Assembly (NCBI GenBank): GCA_041691575.1
Contig: JBEPUJ010000014.1
Coordinates: 24,238-88,237 of the forward strand
DNA from: Terriglobales bacterium
GTDB lineage: Bacteria; Acidobacteriota; Terriglobia; Terriglobales; Acidobacteriaceae
Reading direction: 5' to 3'
DNA: 64,000 nt
Of this stretch, positions 1 to 10,878 are shown in pieces (position 1 is the first letter of the stretch; every line of letters begins with the position of its first letter). Made by a program: the position numbers and the translations under genes. A model generated the notes under the pieces. That model ran no database searches, was not told the DNA's origin, and was given only the letters and a program-made list of their open reading frames with translations.

Positions 1-1
1 C

Positions 2-664
2 TTTTCTTTTTCAGGATCGAAGCTGCCCGGCTACATCCTGCCCTCCATCCCGCCGCTCACTATTCTTGCCGCCGATTATCTCTATCGCAATCGCCGTATC
101 GGTCTGCCCCGCTGGCTCCTCTGGTCCCATGCTGCCATCTGCGCCATCCTTGTCTTCGTCCTTGTGCTTGCCCCGCAGCACATGAAGTACGAGACCCTTA
201 TACCCTCCGTGCAATGGCTCCTGATCGCCGGTGGCTCGGCGCTGGTCATCGGCGGCGCCGTCTTCATCATCATTCGCCGCTGGGGGATCGCCCAGCTTGT
301 CAACGCGACCTTCATCCCCGTGGCGGCGTCGCTCGTCTTTCTGCTCGGCTTCCACGGCAAGGACCTCGATCTCAACTACTCCGCCCGCCCCCTTGCCCGC
401 GAGATCCAGCGTCTGGATCCCAACGAGAAGATCCTGGCTCTCCATGAAGTCAAGCGCGACATGGACTACGGCCTCGCCTTCTACCGCAACAGCCCTCTGG
501 TCCACTACAACACCGACGGCGTCCCGGCAGAAGAGCATCTGCTTGTCATCCCTGCCAACAACGCATCTGAACTCAACCAGTGGCTTGCCGGGCGCGTCTA
601 TAAGCCCCTATTTCTCTATGACACGCAGGGCCTCGAAGTTTACAAGGTCTATGCCAGTCACTAA
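2..664 (+). CDS. GT39/ArnT-like membrane glycosyltransferase, C-terminal part (5' end outside window)
   Basis: The frame of ORF 164..664 is open back to the window edge and reads FSFSGSKLPGYILPSIPPL, the SKLPxYILP motif of ArnT-like enzymes, followed by TM helices. Confidence 0.7.
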   Translation, partial: FSFSGSKLPGYILPSIPPLTILAADYLYRNRRIGLPRWLLWSHAAICAILVFVLVLAPQHMKYETLIPSVQWLLIAGGSALVIGGAVFIIIRRWGIAQLVNATFIPVAASLVFLLGFHGKDLDLNYSARPLAREIQRLDPNEKILALHEVKRDMDYGLAFYRNSPLVHYNTDGVPAEEHLLVIPANNASELNQWLAGRVYKPLFLYDTQGLEVYKVYASH

Positions 665-732
665 GGGAATTCAGAAAATTCCGTGAATTTGCTATAAGCT
701 CGACGAAAGCTCCCAGCGAGCTGAACTCCCCC

Positions 733-1707
733 ATGCCAGTCGCGACCCAACTCGAAGTTCTCGACCTCAGGCATTTCTCCGCCCGCCAGTTGAGACCGCT
801 GCTCGAGTCCGAGGCGGATGTCTGGCTGCGTCGCCTGCGCTGGGACTATCGCGGTTCCATCGAGCTGCTTCTGCAATACCTCGACTCCCGCATTCTGCCC
901 GGCTTTGTCGCGCTCGACCGTGGCCGCGTCTGTGGCTTCACCTTCTGCGTCTACGAGGGCAACAAGGCGGTCGTGGGCGACGCCTATGCGGTCGCCGGCG
1001 ATCGAGAGCAAGCGCTTCAGATCACCCACACCCTCCTTGGGCACCTGCTCGAACTCCTGCTGCACTCTCCCGGCATCAACCGCATCGAGTCCCAGCTGCT
1101 GCTCTACGACGCCGGTTCCGTGGACGAGATCTTCCGGCAAGCCGGCTTCAATCTGCACCCCCGTCTCTTCATGGAGTACAATTTCGAGGCCGCCGCCGCA
1201 AACGCAACCAGCCTTGAGCCACCGCTTCCGGAGAACATCGAAATCTGCGGCTGGTCGCCGGAGCACTATCAGCACGCTGCTGAACTGATCCACGAGGCCT
1301 ACACCGGCCACATCGACGCCCTCATCAACGATCAGTATTGTTCACTCCATGGTTCGCTTCGTTTCCTGCACAACATCGTGCGCTTCCCCGGCTGCGGAGT
1401 CTTCGACGCTGCCAACTCCTGGGTACTTCGCGAGACTCGCACCGGAGAACTCGCAGGTGTGGTCCTCTGCTCTCGCGTAGCCGAAGAGGTCGCGCATATC
1501 ACTCAGCTTTGCGTGGCAAAGAACCGGCGCGGTCACCGGTTGGGAAGGACGCTCCTGCGGCACTGTATGGGGCAACTCGCTCGATCCAGCTTCAAAGCAA
1601 TCACGCTAACCGTGACCGAAGCCAACCATCAAGCCGTGAACCTCTACGAAGATCTCGGCTTCCACACCCGCCATCGCTTCGAGGCGATGGTCTTCAACAA
1701 AACCTAA
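733..1707 (+). CDS. Tandem-domain GNAT acetyltransferase
   Basis: C-terminal GNAT motif A (QLCVAKNRRGHRLGRTLL) and NHQAVNLYEDLGF; N-terminal half looks like a second GNAT fold. Confidence 0.75.
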   Translation: MPVATQLEVLDLRHFSARQLRPLLESEADVWLRRLRWDYRGSIELLLQYLDSRILPGFVALDRGRVCGFTFCVYEGNKAVVGDAYAVAGDREQALQITHTLLGHLLELLLHSPGINRIESQLLLYDAGSVDEIFRQAGFNLHPRLFMEYNFEAAAANATSLEPPLPENIEICGWSPEHYQHAAELIHEAYTGHIDALINDQYCSLHGSLRFLHNIVRFPGCGVFDAANSWVLRETRTGELAGVVLCSRVAEEVAHITQLCVAKNRRGHRLGRTLLRHCMGQLARSSFKAITLTVTEANHQAVNLYEDLGFHTRHRFEAMVFNKT

Positions 1708-1878
1708 TCTCCAAACAACTGCCGACGCTGACCCACACATGGCGGAATCCTTTTGTTGCTGTCTGTTGCTGATAGCTGCAAATAGGTGTTAAGCCTTTTA
1801 TACGCTGCAACTTAGAGGTGACGCTATAATTCCAGCAGATTCAGGACGTGATGAAGAGCTCTTGTCAGGGAGGAAAGA

Positions 1879-2295
1879 ATGGAAACGGGCAACAAGGCAG
1901 TGATCAGCATGTTTGTCGAAGAGGTAATTAATCAGGGACGTTTGGAACGAGCCGATGATCTGGTTGCCGCTGACTTTGTAGAGCTGGATCCTCTCCCCGG
2001 CCAACAGCAAGGGCGAGATGGTCTAAAGGAAGTCATCGGCGGCATACGCGCTGCGTTTCCGGATATCCATTGGGTTCTTGATGAGATGGTGGCTGAAGGG
2101 GATAAGGTGGCCAGCCGCTTCACCTGGTCCGGCACGCATCGCGGCGTCTTCTTCGGTATTCCCGCCACAGGTAAAAGCATCAGCGTCAAGGGTGTGGTCA
2201 TCGACCATGTGGTGGCGGGCAAGATGGTTGACAGTCGCATGCTCATGGACAGTCTGAGCATGCTGCAACAGTTGGGCGCAATCCCGGTTCCGTAG
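1879..2295 (+). CDS. SnoaL-like ester cyclase family protein
   Basis: AFPDIHW...MVAEGDKV...FTWSGTHRGVFFGIPATGK pattern; RBS GGAGG upstream. Confidence 0.85.
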   Translation: METGNKAVISMFVEEVINQGRLERADDLVAADFVELDPLPGQQQGRDGLKEVIGGIRAAFPDIHWVLDEMVAEGDKVASRFTWSGTHRGVFFGIPATGKSISVKGVVIDHVVAGKMVDSRMLMDSLSMLQQLGAIPVP

Positions 2296-2348
2296 ACGGG
2301 CAACGTCTACGCAGCACCATCCAAGGTTCGAACGAAGTCTTTGCCCGC

Positions 2349-2376
2349 TAGTCCCTGGTTCCTAGTCCCTGTTTTT
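2349..2376. repeat. Short heptamer (STRR-like) array between convergent genes
   Basis: TAGTCCC TGGTTCC TAGTCCC TGTTTTT immediately after the guaB stop. Confidence 0.45.
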
Positions 2377-2377
2377 C

Positions 2378-3904
2378 CTACTCCACGTGATAGTTCGGAG
2401 CTTCCCGCGTGATGATCACATCATGCACATGGCTCTCGCGCAGCCCCGCATTCGATATCCGGATAAACCGTGCATTCGTCTGCAAATCTGCGATGGTCGA
2501 GCACCCCAGATACCCCATGCCGGACCGCAACCCGCCAACCAACTGGTAGACCATCGCCTCCAGCGGTCCGCGATGAGGAACCCGCCCTTCAATCCCCTCG
2601 GGAACGAACTTGCCCAGCCGATTCTGCGAGCTGCCCTCCCGTGCCGTCAGTGACGGGCGCTCCGTGCTTGCCGCCTCGTCAATATCTTCCTTGCCCTGGA
2701 AATACCGCTCTCCCGAGCCCTGCGACATCGCCGACAGCGAACCCATGCCGCGATAGGCCTTGAACGACCGCCCCTGATACAGGATCGTCTCGCCCGGGCT
2801 CTCATCCACCCCGGCAAACAGCGAGCCAATCATCACCACGCTGGCACCGGCGGCAATGGCCTTGGCCACGTCGCCCGAATACTTGATGCCGCCGTCGGCA
2901 ATCACCGGAATTCCGTGCTGGCTGGCCGCGCGGTACGCTTCCGAGATGGCCGTAATCTGCGGCATTCCAGCGCCCGTTACCATGCGTGTCGTGCAGATCG
3001 ATCCCGGCCCGATGCCGACCTTGATAGCGTCGGCTCCCGCATCGATCAGGGCCATCGCACCGTCATAGGTCGCGATATTCCCCGCCATCAGATCGACGTC
3101 AGGGAAGCGCTTCTTCACCTCGGCAACCGCTTCGAGAACCCGCGAAGAGTGTCCATGCGCGGAATCGATTGCCAGCGCATCCACTCGCGCCGCCACCAGT
3201 TCGGCCGCCCGCTCCAGAAAGTCGCCCGTCGCTCCGATTGCTCCTGCCACCCGCAGTCTGCCCTGGCTGTCCTTGGACGCATTGGGATACTTCAGCTTCT
3301 TCTGAATGTCCTTTACGGTAATCAGGCCCTTCAGCTCATAGTCGTCGTTGACGACCAGCAGCTTCTCCACCCGATGCTGATGGAGGATGTGTTCAGCCTC
3401 TTCGAGCGTCGTGCCTACCGGAACCGTAATCAGGTTCGTCTTCGTCATCACCGAATCAATCGTCAGATCGGTGCGCGAGACAAAGCGCAGGTCGCGATTG
3501 GTCAGGATGCCGACCAGCTTCTTGTTCTTGGTCACCGGCACGCCCGAGATCTTGTACCGCCGCATCACATCCAGCGCCGCGGCAATCGTCTGCTCCGGGT
3601 CGATGGTCACCGGATCGACGATCATCCCACTCTCCGACCGCTTGACCTTGTCGATCTCGCCTGCCTGCTGCTCGATGCTCAGATTCCGGTGGACAACGCC
3701 CAGTCCACCCTGCTGCGCCATCGCAATCGCCAGCCGCGACTCTGTCACCGTATCCATTGCCGCCGAGACCAGCGGCGTGTTCAGGCTGATGTTCTTGGTC
3801 AGTTGCGTCTGCGTGCTTACCTGGGTCGGGATGATGTCGCTATAGGCGGGAATGAGGAGAACGTCATCGAAGGTGAGGGCTTCAGGAATCGGAGAATTGA
3901 TCAT
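2378..3904 (-). CDS. guaB: IMP dehydrogenase
   Basis: [11 protein letters not shown] pair, catalytic loop [24 protein letters not shown]. Confidence 0.98.
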   Translation of the reverse strand: MINSPIPEALTFDDVLLIPAYSDIIPTQVSTQTQLTKNISLNTPLVSAAMDTVTESRLAIAMAQQGGLGVVHRNLSIEQQAGEIDKVKRSESGMIVDPVTIDPEQTIAAALDVMRRYKISGVPVTKNKKLVGILTNRDLRFVSRTDLTIDSVMTKTNLITVPVGTTLEEAEHILHQHRVEKLLVVNDDYELKGLITVKDIQKKLKYPNASKDSQGRLRVAGAIGATGDFLERAAELVAARVDALAIDSAHGHSSRVLEAVAEVKKRFPDVDLMAGNIATYDGAMALIDAGADAIKVGIGPGSICTTRMVTGAGMPQITAISEAYRAASQHGIPVIADGGIKYSGDVAKAIAAGASVVMIGSLFAGVDESPGETILYQGRSFKAYRGMGSLSAMSQGSGERYFQGKEDIDEAASTERPSLTAREGSSQNRLGKFVPEGIEGRVPHRGPLEAMVYQLVGGLRSGMGYLGCSTIADLQTNARFIRISNAGLRESHVHDVIITREAPNYHVE

Positions 3905-4080
3905 ATATTTATGGGTCCGGGCGAGCGGCCAGGCGTCAACAGAGCCCTAATGTCGCGGGGATTAGATCGATTGTAGAGTCGCCCACGACCCATAGCAAAT
4001 ACACCCCGGTTAGCATACCGGCGACACACCGGCGCGCATCGGGGTATTTCATGCCCCCGGCTTCTGTTATGAATATCCCC

Positions 4081-4491
4081 ATGAGCTTCGAACTCTCTCC
4101 GATCGGCTATGTGCATTCCACCCTCAAGACGCGCTCCGGCGCTCCGCATCAGGGATCGGAGGGCGCTCCCGACGCACGGCTGGAAATCCACCCGGAATTT
4201 GCCCAGGGCCTCGATGGCATCGAGGCTGGGCAAGAGATCTGGATCTTGACGTGGCTCCATGAATCGCGGCGATCTGTGCTCAAGGTGCATCCACGAGGCG
4301 ATACGCTTAATCGTGAGAAGGGGGTGTTTGCAACGCGTTCTCCGGATCGTCCCAACCCGATAGGTCTGCATCGCGCAAAGGTTCTCAGCACGGACGGCGA
4401 CGGCTGGCTTCTGGTGCAGGGGCTGGAGGCCATCGATGGCACTCCGATCGTCGATCTCAAGCCGGTTCTCGAACGCAGCGGTGTTTCCTGA
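4081..4491 (+). CDS. trmO: tRNA t6A37 N6-methyltransferase TrmO-like protein (short form)
   Basis: PIGYVHS, GVFATRSPDRPNPIGL, LEAIDGTPIVDLKP; start could be 4051, 4069 or 4081. Confidence 0.88.
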   Translation: MSFELSPIGYVHSTLKTRSGAPHQGSEGAPDARLEIHPEFAQGLDGIEAGQEIWILTWLHESRRSVLKVHPRGDTLNREKGVFATRSPDRPNPIGLHRAKVLSTDGDGWLLVQGLEAIDGTPIVDLKPVLERSGVS

Positions 4492-4564
4492 AGGAACCCA
4501 GCGCAAAACCCCAGCAAAAGTCTGTTCCCATTGAATTCCCCAAAATCTGGATGTATCATGGAGG

Positions 4565-4593
4565 TTGCAGACGATTTTGTTCCGTCCTATAGT
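4565..4593 (+). promoter_or_regulatory. Sigma70-type promoter of rimP-nusA-infB
   Basis: TTGCAG-N17-TATAGT. Confidence 0.6.
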
Positions 4594-4641
4594 TGATGTA
4601 GATTGAGCCGTGATCGCACCGGCCATTTGACGGAAGAGATG

Positions 4642-4663
4642 AGTGGGCCAGAGCCCACTTTTT
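4642..4663 (+). terminator. Leader terminator/attenuator upstream of rimP
   Basis: AGTGGGC-CAGA-GCCCACT followed by a T run, between the promoter and the rimP start. Confidence 0.65.
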
Positions 4664-4706
4664 ATTTGTCCTAAAAAGCAATTGGAAATCGCGGCAAAAC
4701 ATCACC

Positions 4707-5279
4707 ATGGCCCTGAAATTAGACACAATTCGAGCCACCGCCCAACGCGTCGCAGCGTCGCATAACCTCGACCTCGTCGATATCGAGTTCCAGGGCGGCG
4801 GCAAGTTCCGGACTCTGCGGATCTTCGTCGAAAAGAATGCACTTGAGCGCGCGAAGCTGGCAGAAACCGCCAACCCCGAAGAGCTGCCAAAGGGCGTTCC
4901 GGTGGAGAGGCTCTCCGGCGTAACTCACGAAGATTGCACCACCTTTGCCCAGGACTTCGGTACTGTCCTCGATGTAGAAGACCTGATTCCCGGCGCTGAA
5001 TATACCCTCGAGGTCTCTTCGCCCGGTCTTGAGCGCAAGCTGTCCAGCGCAGAAGATTTCGCCAGATTCCAGGGGAATCTGGTGAAGATCCAAACATTTA
5101 CGCCGATCAACAATAACCGGCAGTGGCAAGGCCGTCTTACCGGATTCGCGGACAACACCGCGACCATCGACCTCTCCGCCGTAAAGCAAAAAGGCAAGGC
5201 AAAGAAGGCCGCAACCGAACAAACCGTCGATATACCGTTGGCAAATATCGAAAAGGCAAACCTGGTCGCGGAGATCTAG
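4707..5279 (+). CDS. rimP: Ribosome maturation factor RimP
   Basis: THEDC, YTLEVSSPGLERKL; first gene of the nusA-infB operon. Confidence 0.95.
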   Translation: MALKLDTIRATAQRVAASHNLDLVDIEFQGGGKFRTLRIFVEKNALERAKLAETANPEELPKGVPVERLSGVTHEDCTTFAQDFGTVLDVEDLIPGAEYTLEVSSPGLERKLSSAEDFARFQGNLVKIQTFTPINNNRQWQGRLTGFADNTATIDLSAVKQKGKAKKAATEQTVDIPLANIEKANLVAEI

Positions 5280-5350
5280 TTACCCGCATCAAAGAGACAA
5301 TAAGCTCGAAGAAGCCCTGTATTTTATGGGCAGTGAAGGACAAGTGACCG

Positions 5351-6946
5351 ATGGCAAGTGTTCTGTATCAATCGATTGAGACGTTAAGCCGGGACAAGGG
5401 AATCGAGCCCGAGATCGTAGTGGGCGCGGTTGAGGATGCCATCGCTCTTGCCACCCGCAAGTACTACAAAACGCAGGAAAACATGCGCGCCGAGATGGAC
5501 CGCGAGACCGGCGAAATCCGCGCTTATGTCTACAAGACCGTGGTCGAAACGCCCGAGCAGGTCGAAGACGACGTCAATCAGTTGACGCTCGAGCAGGCGC
5601 GCGAACTCGCTCCAGAGGTTGAAGTCGGCGGCGAACTCCGCTTCTACAAGGACACGACACCGCTCGGCCGCATCGCCGCGCAGATGGCCAAGCAGGTCAT
5701 CTTCCAGAAGGTCCGCGAAGCTGAGCGTGATACCGTCTTCAACGAGTACAACCACCGCGCCGGCGAGGTCCTCAACGCCACCGTCAAGCGCCTTGAGCCG
5801 ATGGACGTGATCTTCGACCTGGGCAAGGCCGAGGCCCGCATGCCCAAGCGCGAGCAGTCGCGGCTGGAGCAGTTCGCCGTCGGCGAGCGCGTCCGCGTCG
5901 TTCTTCTCCGCGTCGACCGCGCCGCCAAAGGCCCGCAGGTTATCGTCTCCCGCGCCGCGCCGGGTCTGGTGCAGAACCTGTTCCAGAGCGAAGTTCCCGA
6001 GATCTACGATGGCACCGTGACCATCCGCGCCATCGCCCGCGAGGCCGGCGAGCGCACAAAGATTGCTGTCGTCAGCCGCGACAAGGACGTCGATCCGGTC
6101 GGCGCCTGCGTCGGCATGAAGGGCATGCGCGTCCAATCGATCATCCGCGAGTTGCGCGGCGAAAAGATCGACATTATCGAGTTCTCTGAAGAGATCACCA
6201 CATTTGCCGAGAAGGCGCTGCAACCCGCAAAGGTCAGCCGCGTCTCCATCGTCGACCTCGCCGACAAGCAGATCGAGGTCATCGTCGATGACACGCAACT
6301 CTCGCTCGCCATCGGCAAGAAGGGCCAGAACGTCCGGCTTGCGGCGAAGCTGCTGCAATGGAAGATTGATATCAAGAGCGAAGAGGAGAAGCGCCAGGAG
6401 GTCGAGCAGCAGATGCAGGCCATGGGCGGCGGTCCCACTACGCCCATCGAGCAGGTCACGGAGCTTGGCGAAGCTGTTCTCGAGAAGCTCATCGCCGCAG
6501 GCATCACCACGGTCGAAGCACTGGCCGATATGACGCCCGAGCAGCTCGAAGAGGTTCCCGGCATCGGCGAAAAGACGGTCGAGAAGATCTCCGTCGCAGT
6601 GCGCCATTACTTCGGTCAATACGAGGAAGGCGAGGAGCGCCCAGTGGTTGAAGCGCCGGCAGCAGAAGCCGCATCGGAAGGCGAAGAAGCCGAGGGCGAG
6701 GCCGCAGCCAAAACGCCGGAAGCGATTCTTGCCGAAGAGGCAGAGACGGGAACGGCTGAAGAGGTTGACGACGTCTCGACGGAACAGATTGCAGATGCTG
6801 AAGATGAAGCCAGCGATGCACTCAGTGCCGCCGATGCGCGTGAAGAGCAGATTGAAACAGATAATGACGCCGTAGATTCACTGGTGAACGAGAGCCAGGA
6901 GACCTCCGGTGAAGGCATCGATTCGGATGGGCACGACCGTGGTTAG
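5351..6946 (+). CDS. nusA: Transcription factor NusA with acidic C-terminal tail
   Basis: FGRIAAQ-type motif, S1 and KH domains (DPVGACVGMKG, SLAIGKKGQNVRLA). Confidence 0.98.
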   Translation: MASVLYQSIETLSRDKGIEPEIVVGAVEDAIALATRKYYKTQENMRAEMDRETGEIRAYVYKTVVETPEQVEDDVNQLTLEQARELAPEVEVGGELRFYKDTTPLGRIAAQMAKQVIFQKVREAERDTVFNEYNHRAGEVLNATVKRLEPMDVIFDLGKAEARMPKREQSRLEQFAVGERVRVVLLRVDRAAKGPQVIVSRAAPGLVQNLFQSEVPEIYDGTVTIRAIAREAGERTKIAVVSRDKDVDPVGACVGMKGMRVQSIIRELRGEKIDIIEFSEEITTFAEKALQPAKVSRVSIVDLADKQIEVIVDDTQLSLAIGKKGQNVRLAAKLLQWKIDIKSEEEKRQEVEQQMQAMGGGPTTPIEQVTELGEAVLEKLIAAGITTVEALADMTPEQLEEVPGIGEKTVEKISVAVRHYFGQYEEGEERPVVEAPAAEAASEGEEAEGEAAAKTPEAILAEEAETGTAEEVDDVSTEQIADAEDEASDALSAADAREEQIETDNDAVDSLVNESQETSGEGIDSDGHDRG

Positions 6947-7078
6947 CCGGTCGAGCCATACACCACAACGATCTCTGAAATCGCCGGACCGGTATTTCAG
7001 AGATAATTACAATAAAGATTCCTACCTCAATGAGGCTGATATGAACAGCTAAGGGCGCAGGGAAGCGAAAAGGGACGG

Positions 7079-10000
7079 ATGAGCAAAGTTCGAATCAACG
7101 ATCTGGCACGGGAACTGGAAGTAAAGAGCAGGCCGATTCTGGACGCGCTCGAAGCAATCGGCGTTACTGGAAAGACGCACTCCAGCTCCATCGAGGCCGA
7201 TCAGGCCGAGAAAGTGCGCAACTATTTCAACGGCGGCAACCGCACCGCAAGTGCGAGCAGGCAGCCCGCCGAGGTCAAGCCGCGGTTTGATCTTTCGAAG
7301 GTCTCCAAGCCTGGCGACGCCCTGAAGGCTATCCTTGAGCGCAAGCAGGCTGAGGCTGCGGCCAAGGCCGCGCCGCCGCGTCCTAAAGCGGTGGTTGCGC
7401 CTCCGCCCTCTGTGCCTGTCGCCGCTGCGCCGCCAAAAGCAGCCGCTCCGGTTGCCGTCGCCGCCTTGGCTCCAGCATCTTCAACTCCGCCGGCGCCTCG
7501 CCGCATCGTTCCGCTGCCTCGGCAGGCCGCAAATATCGTTGTTCCCGCTCCGGCGCCAGCCATCGCCAGCAAGCCGCCGGTCGGCCCTGTGATCGCTCGC
7601 CCGCCCGCCGCTGCTCCTGCGGCTGTGCATCCCCCTGTTGCCGTTGCTCCGCCTGTTGCGGTTGCTCCGAGCCCAGCGAAGCCTGCCGCGCCTGCACCTC
7701 CAGCCGAAGCTGCTGCCGCGCCTGCATCTGCACCGCAGCCTGCCGCGCCCGCGTCTTCAAGCTCTCCGGCTGTATCCGAGGCCGAGACGGCAGTCGCAGC
7801 AGTAGCCGAGACCCCGGTTGAAGCAGCAATTCCGGCGCCAGTCGTGCCCGCAGGACCTCCTCCGCGGCGCATCATCATGCCGCAGACGGGACCGCGTCCT
7901 ATCTACACCGCACCGCCGGTCGCTCCGGGAACACCGGCGCGCAGCCGTCCCATCTTTGAGCGCCCACGGCCTCAGACTCCTGGCGCTCCCGGTTCACGTC
8001 CTCCATACACGGCTCCCGGCGCTCGCCGGCCCATGCACCCGACCCGCACCTATCCTGGTGGGCCCGGTGGTCCGGGCGGCGCTCCCGGCCGTCCTGGCTT
8101 TGCTCCCGGCGGTGCACGTCCCGCCTTTGGCGCACGTCCTGGCTTTGGCGCGCGTCCCGGCGGCGCTCCTGGTGCTCCCGGCGTAATGCCCGGCCCGGGT
8201 GAGGGCATGCGCCCAGCGGCACGTCCTGGCCAGCGTCGCGGCGGACAGCGCTACGAGAAGTCCAAGGAAGGCCCAATGAAGGGCTTTCAGCCGCCACCGC
8301 GTTACGGCGGCCAGCAGATCTCGCGCGAACCGGTGCCGATCACCCGCACCATCACCGTCACCGAAGGCATCAGCGTCAAGGACCTTGCCGAGAAGCTCGA
8401 CGTGCGCGGCAAGGACCTGATCGCCAGCCTGCTCATGCGCGGCGTCTTCGTTACCGTCAACCAGTCGCTCGAAGGAGAGCTGGTTAAGGACGTGGCGCGG
8501 CAGTTCGGCGCGGATGCCCAGGTCATCACGGTCGAAGAGCAGTTGGAGAACGAGGCCATCGAAGGCTTCCTCGAAGACACGACCGGCATGGTCGAGATCA
8601 CCCGTTCACCCGTCGTCACGGTGATGGGCCACGTCGACCACGGCAAAACCTCGTTGCTCGACGCCATTCGCTCCACGGAGAACGACAAGGTCGACGTCGC
8701 CAGCGGCGAAGCCGGCGGCATCACCCAGCACATCGGCGCGTACAAGGTCAAAATCACCAAGCCCGACTCTCCCGCCTTTGGGCGCGAGATCGTGTTCCTC
8801 GATACGCCGGGTCACGAGGCCTTCACCCGTATGCGTGCCCGCGGAGCCAAGGTCACCGACATCGTTGTCGTTGTGGTTGCCGCCGATGACGGAGTCATGC
8901 CCCAGACGCTCGAAGCTATCGATCACGCCCGCGCCGCGAACGTTCCCATCATCGTGGCGGTCAACAAGATCGACAAGCCCGAGGCGAACCCCGCGAAGGT
9001 CATCCAGCAGTTGTCCGCTCGCGGTCTTCAGCCTTCCAACCAGGGCGGCGACACCGAATTCGTCGAAGTCTCCGCGAAGAAGCGTCTCAACCTCGACCTG
9101 CTCGAAGAGATGATCTGCCTGGTCGCCGACATCGCCGCACCCAAGGCGCAGCCGGATCGTCCTGCCGTCGGAACCGTTATCGAAGCGAAACTCGATCGTG
9201 GCCGCGGTGCGGTCGCCTCGATCCTCGTCCAGAACGGGACTTTGCACCTGGGCGACAGCTACATCGTCGGCAATACCTTCGGCAAGATCCGCGCCATGTT
9301 CGACGATCGTGGACGCTCCATCACCGAAGCCGGACCATCGACTCCGGTCGAGATCCTCGGTCTCGAAGGCATGCCGGACGCCGGAGACACCTTCCTGGTG
9401 ATGGCGGACCGCGACAAGGCCAAGGGCATTGCACAGTACCGCAAGATGAAGGAACGCGAGGCGCAACTGGCCAAGAGTTCTCGCGTCTCGCTCGAAGGAC
9501 TCGCCGAACAGATCAAGCAGGCCGGAATGAAGGACCTGAACCTGATCCTCAAGGGCGACGTGCAGGGCTCGGTCGAGGTTCTGGCCGACTCGCTGCAGCG
9601 CATGTCCACCGAGAAGGTTCGCGTTCGCGTGCTGCACTCAAGCGTCGGCGCGATCACCGAGTCCGATGTGCTGCTGGCTTCGGCATCGAACGCGGTTGTC
9701 ATCGGCTTCAACGTCCGGCCCGACCGCAAGGCTGCCGAGATCGCCGAGCGCGAGAACGTCGAGATTCGTCTGCACTCGATCATCTATGAGCTCCAGGACG
9801 AGATCACCAAGGCGATGTACGGCCTGCTCGAACCGGTCTTCAAGGAAAACTACGCGGGCCGCGCCGAAGTGCTTCAGGTCTTCAAGATCACCAAGGTCGG
9901 CCAGATCGCCGGTTGCCGCGTGACCGACGGCCTCATCAAGCGCGACGCGCAGGTGCGCGTTCTGCGAGATGGCGTCGAGGTCTGGAAGGGCAAGATCTCC

Positions 10001-10240
10001 AGTCTCAAGCGCGTCAAGGACGACGTCAGCGAGGTCCGGCAGGGTGTCGAGTGCGGTATCGATCTCGCCGGTTTCAAGGACATCAAGGCGGGCGACATCA
10101 TCGAGTCGTTCACCACCGAAACGCTCGCCGCCGAGCTTGGCCAGAACTCAGCCGTTGCGCGCAAGGCGGAGAAGGCTGAGAAGGAAAGGGTAGCCGCTGA
10201 GGCAGCCGCCGCAGCGGCGGAAACCTCGGTCAACGCATAG
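7079..10240 (+). CDS. infB: Translation initiation factor IF-2
   Basis: [24 protein letters not shown]; long Pro/Ala/Gly-rich N-terminal region. Confidence 0.98.
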   Translation: MSKVRINDLARELEVKSRPILDALEAIGVTGKTHSSSIEADQAEKVRNYFNGGNRTASASRQPAEVKPRFDLSKVSKPGDALKAILERKQAEAAAKAAPPRPKAVVAPPPSVPVAAAPPKAAAPVAVAALAPASSTPPAPRRIVPLPRQAANIVVPAPAPAIASKPPVGPVIARPPAAAPAAVHPPVAVAPPVAVAPSPAKPAAPAPPAEAAAAPASAPQPAAPASSSSPAVSEAETAVAAVAETPVEAAIPAPVVPAGPPPRRIIMPQTGPRPIYTAPPVAPGTPARSRPIFERPRPQTPGAPGSRPPYTAPGARRPMHPTRTYPGGPGGPGGAPGRPGFAPGGARPAFGARPGFGARPGGAPGAPGVMPGPGEGMRPAARPGQRRGGQRYEKSKEGPMKGFQPPPRYGGQQISREPVPITRTITVTEGISVKDLAEKLDVRGKDLIASLLMRGVFVTVNQSLEGELVKDVARQFGADAQVITVEEQLENEAIEGFLEDTTGMVEITRSPVVTVMGHVDHGKTSLLDAIRSTENDKVDVASGEAGGITQHIGAYKVKITKPDSPAFGREIVFLDTPGHEAFTRMRARGAKVTDIVVVVVAADDGVMPQTLEAIDHARAANVPIIVAVNKIDKPEANPAKVIQQLSARGLQPSNQGGDTEFVEVSAKKRLNLDLLEEMICLVADIAAPKAQPDRPAVGTVIEAKLDRGRGAVASILVQNGTLHLGDSYIVGNTFGKIRAMFDDRGRSITEAGPSTPVEILGLEGMPDAGDTFLVMADRDKAKGIAQYRKMKEREAQLAKSSRVSLEGLAEQIKQAGMKDLNLILKGDVQGSVEVLADSLQRMSTEKVRVRVLHSSVGAITESDVLLASASNAVVIGFNVRPDRKAAEIAERENVEIRLHSIIYELQDEITKAMYGLLEPVFKENYAGRAEVLQVFKITKVGQIAGCRVTDGLIKRDAQVRVLRDGVEVWKGKISSLKRVKDDVSEVRQGVECGIDLAGFKDIKAGDIIESFTTETLAAELGQNSAVARKAEKAEKERVAAEAAAAAAETSVNA

Positions 10241-10277
10241 AGACCGGGAATTTTTCCGGCTCGCTGTTTGTGCCCTT

Positions 10278-10403
10278 GAGGGGGTACCCCCCCGGGGTAC
10301 TTCCGACCCAAAGTATTGATAGTAGATACTTTAGGGAGAGGGTAAAAGGGTAAAGTATTCATTCCAGATACGTTACAGGCAAAGTATTTTATCTAAACAA
10401 GTT
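10278..10403. other. Non-coding module: G/C palindrome plus three related 24-bp boxes
   Basis: GGGGTACCCC palindrome, then AAAGTATT-N6-ARAYAVKTTA boxes at 10310, 10352 and 10381. Confidence 0.5.
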
Positions 10404-10435
10404 AGGCCCAGCGAATTCGCTGGGCCTTATTTTTT
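10404..10435 (+). terminator. Intrinsic terminator
   Basis: Perfect 24-bp palindrome AGGCCCAGCGAATTCGCTGGGCCT followed by TATTTTTT. Confidence 0.7.
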
Positions 10436-10609
10436 CTGCTGTTTCTATTTTACCGAATGGGGCGGAACTAAAGTGCCACGGCTGGGATATATTTATTTGG
10501 CATCGTAAGTGTCTGTTTTGATATAACTTGCGAGATTTACCCGGTTGGTTTTGGAGAGTCTGGGGGCTTGACATCACGCAGGAGCGTTGGTAACAGCGCC
10601 CAGAGTCGA

Positions 10610-10711
10610 AATACAGGGATCTCTCCACTGCGCCGTGCGATGAAACTGCACGGCTTCGGTCGAGATGACGTTTTGGGGAGCATGAGTAAAAGTTCGTCGA
10701 GATGACGTTTT
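10610..10711. repeat. REP-like palindromic repeat (family C, copy 1, with partial tandem tail)
   Basis: AATACAGGGATCTCTCCACTGCGCCG...CGGCTTCGGTCGAGATGACG, near-identical to 12238-12298; GTCGAGATGACGTTT repeats at about 10697-10711. Confidence 0.8.
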
Positions 10712-10734
10712 TAGAGCGCTACTAAAGTTTCTAA

Positions 10735-10853
10735 GGAAGGTCTGATTAAGTCTCCGAAGATTCCCTCAGCGGCTAAAGCCGCATTGCGGGCAAGTCACTT
10801 ACGGCACGGCTGAAGCCGTGCCCTTAACAGAGCCTGACTTAATCAAAGGCTCC
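10735..10853 (+). mobile_element. 119-bp MITE with IS5-like ends carrying a REP-like double hairpin (family A, copy 1)
   Basis: TIR GGAAGGTCTGATTAAGTC / GACTTAATCAAAGGCTCC; 4-bp duplication CTAA at 10731-34 and 10854-57. Confidence 0.8.
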
Positions 10854-10878
10854 CTAAGGCAAATCTGTCACAAGAGGG

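Noticed and set aside
7260-8320. Pro/Ala/Gly low-complexity region of infB as a repeat element
   Set aside because: Typical variable IF-2 N-terminal region
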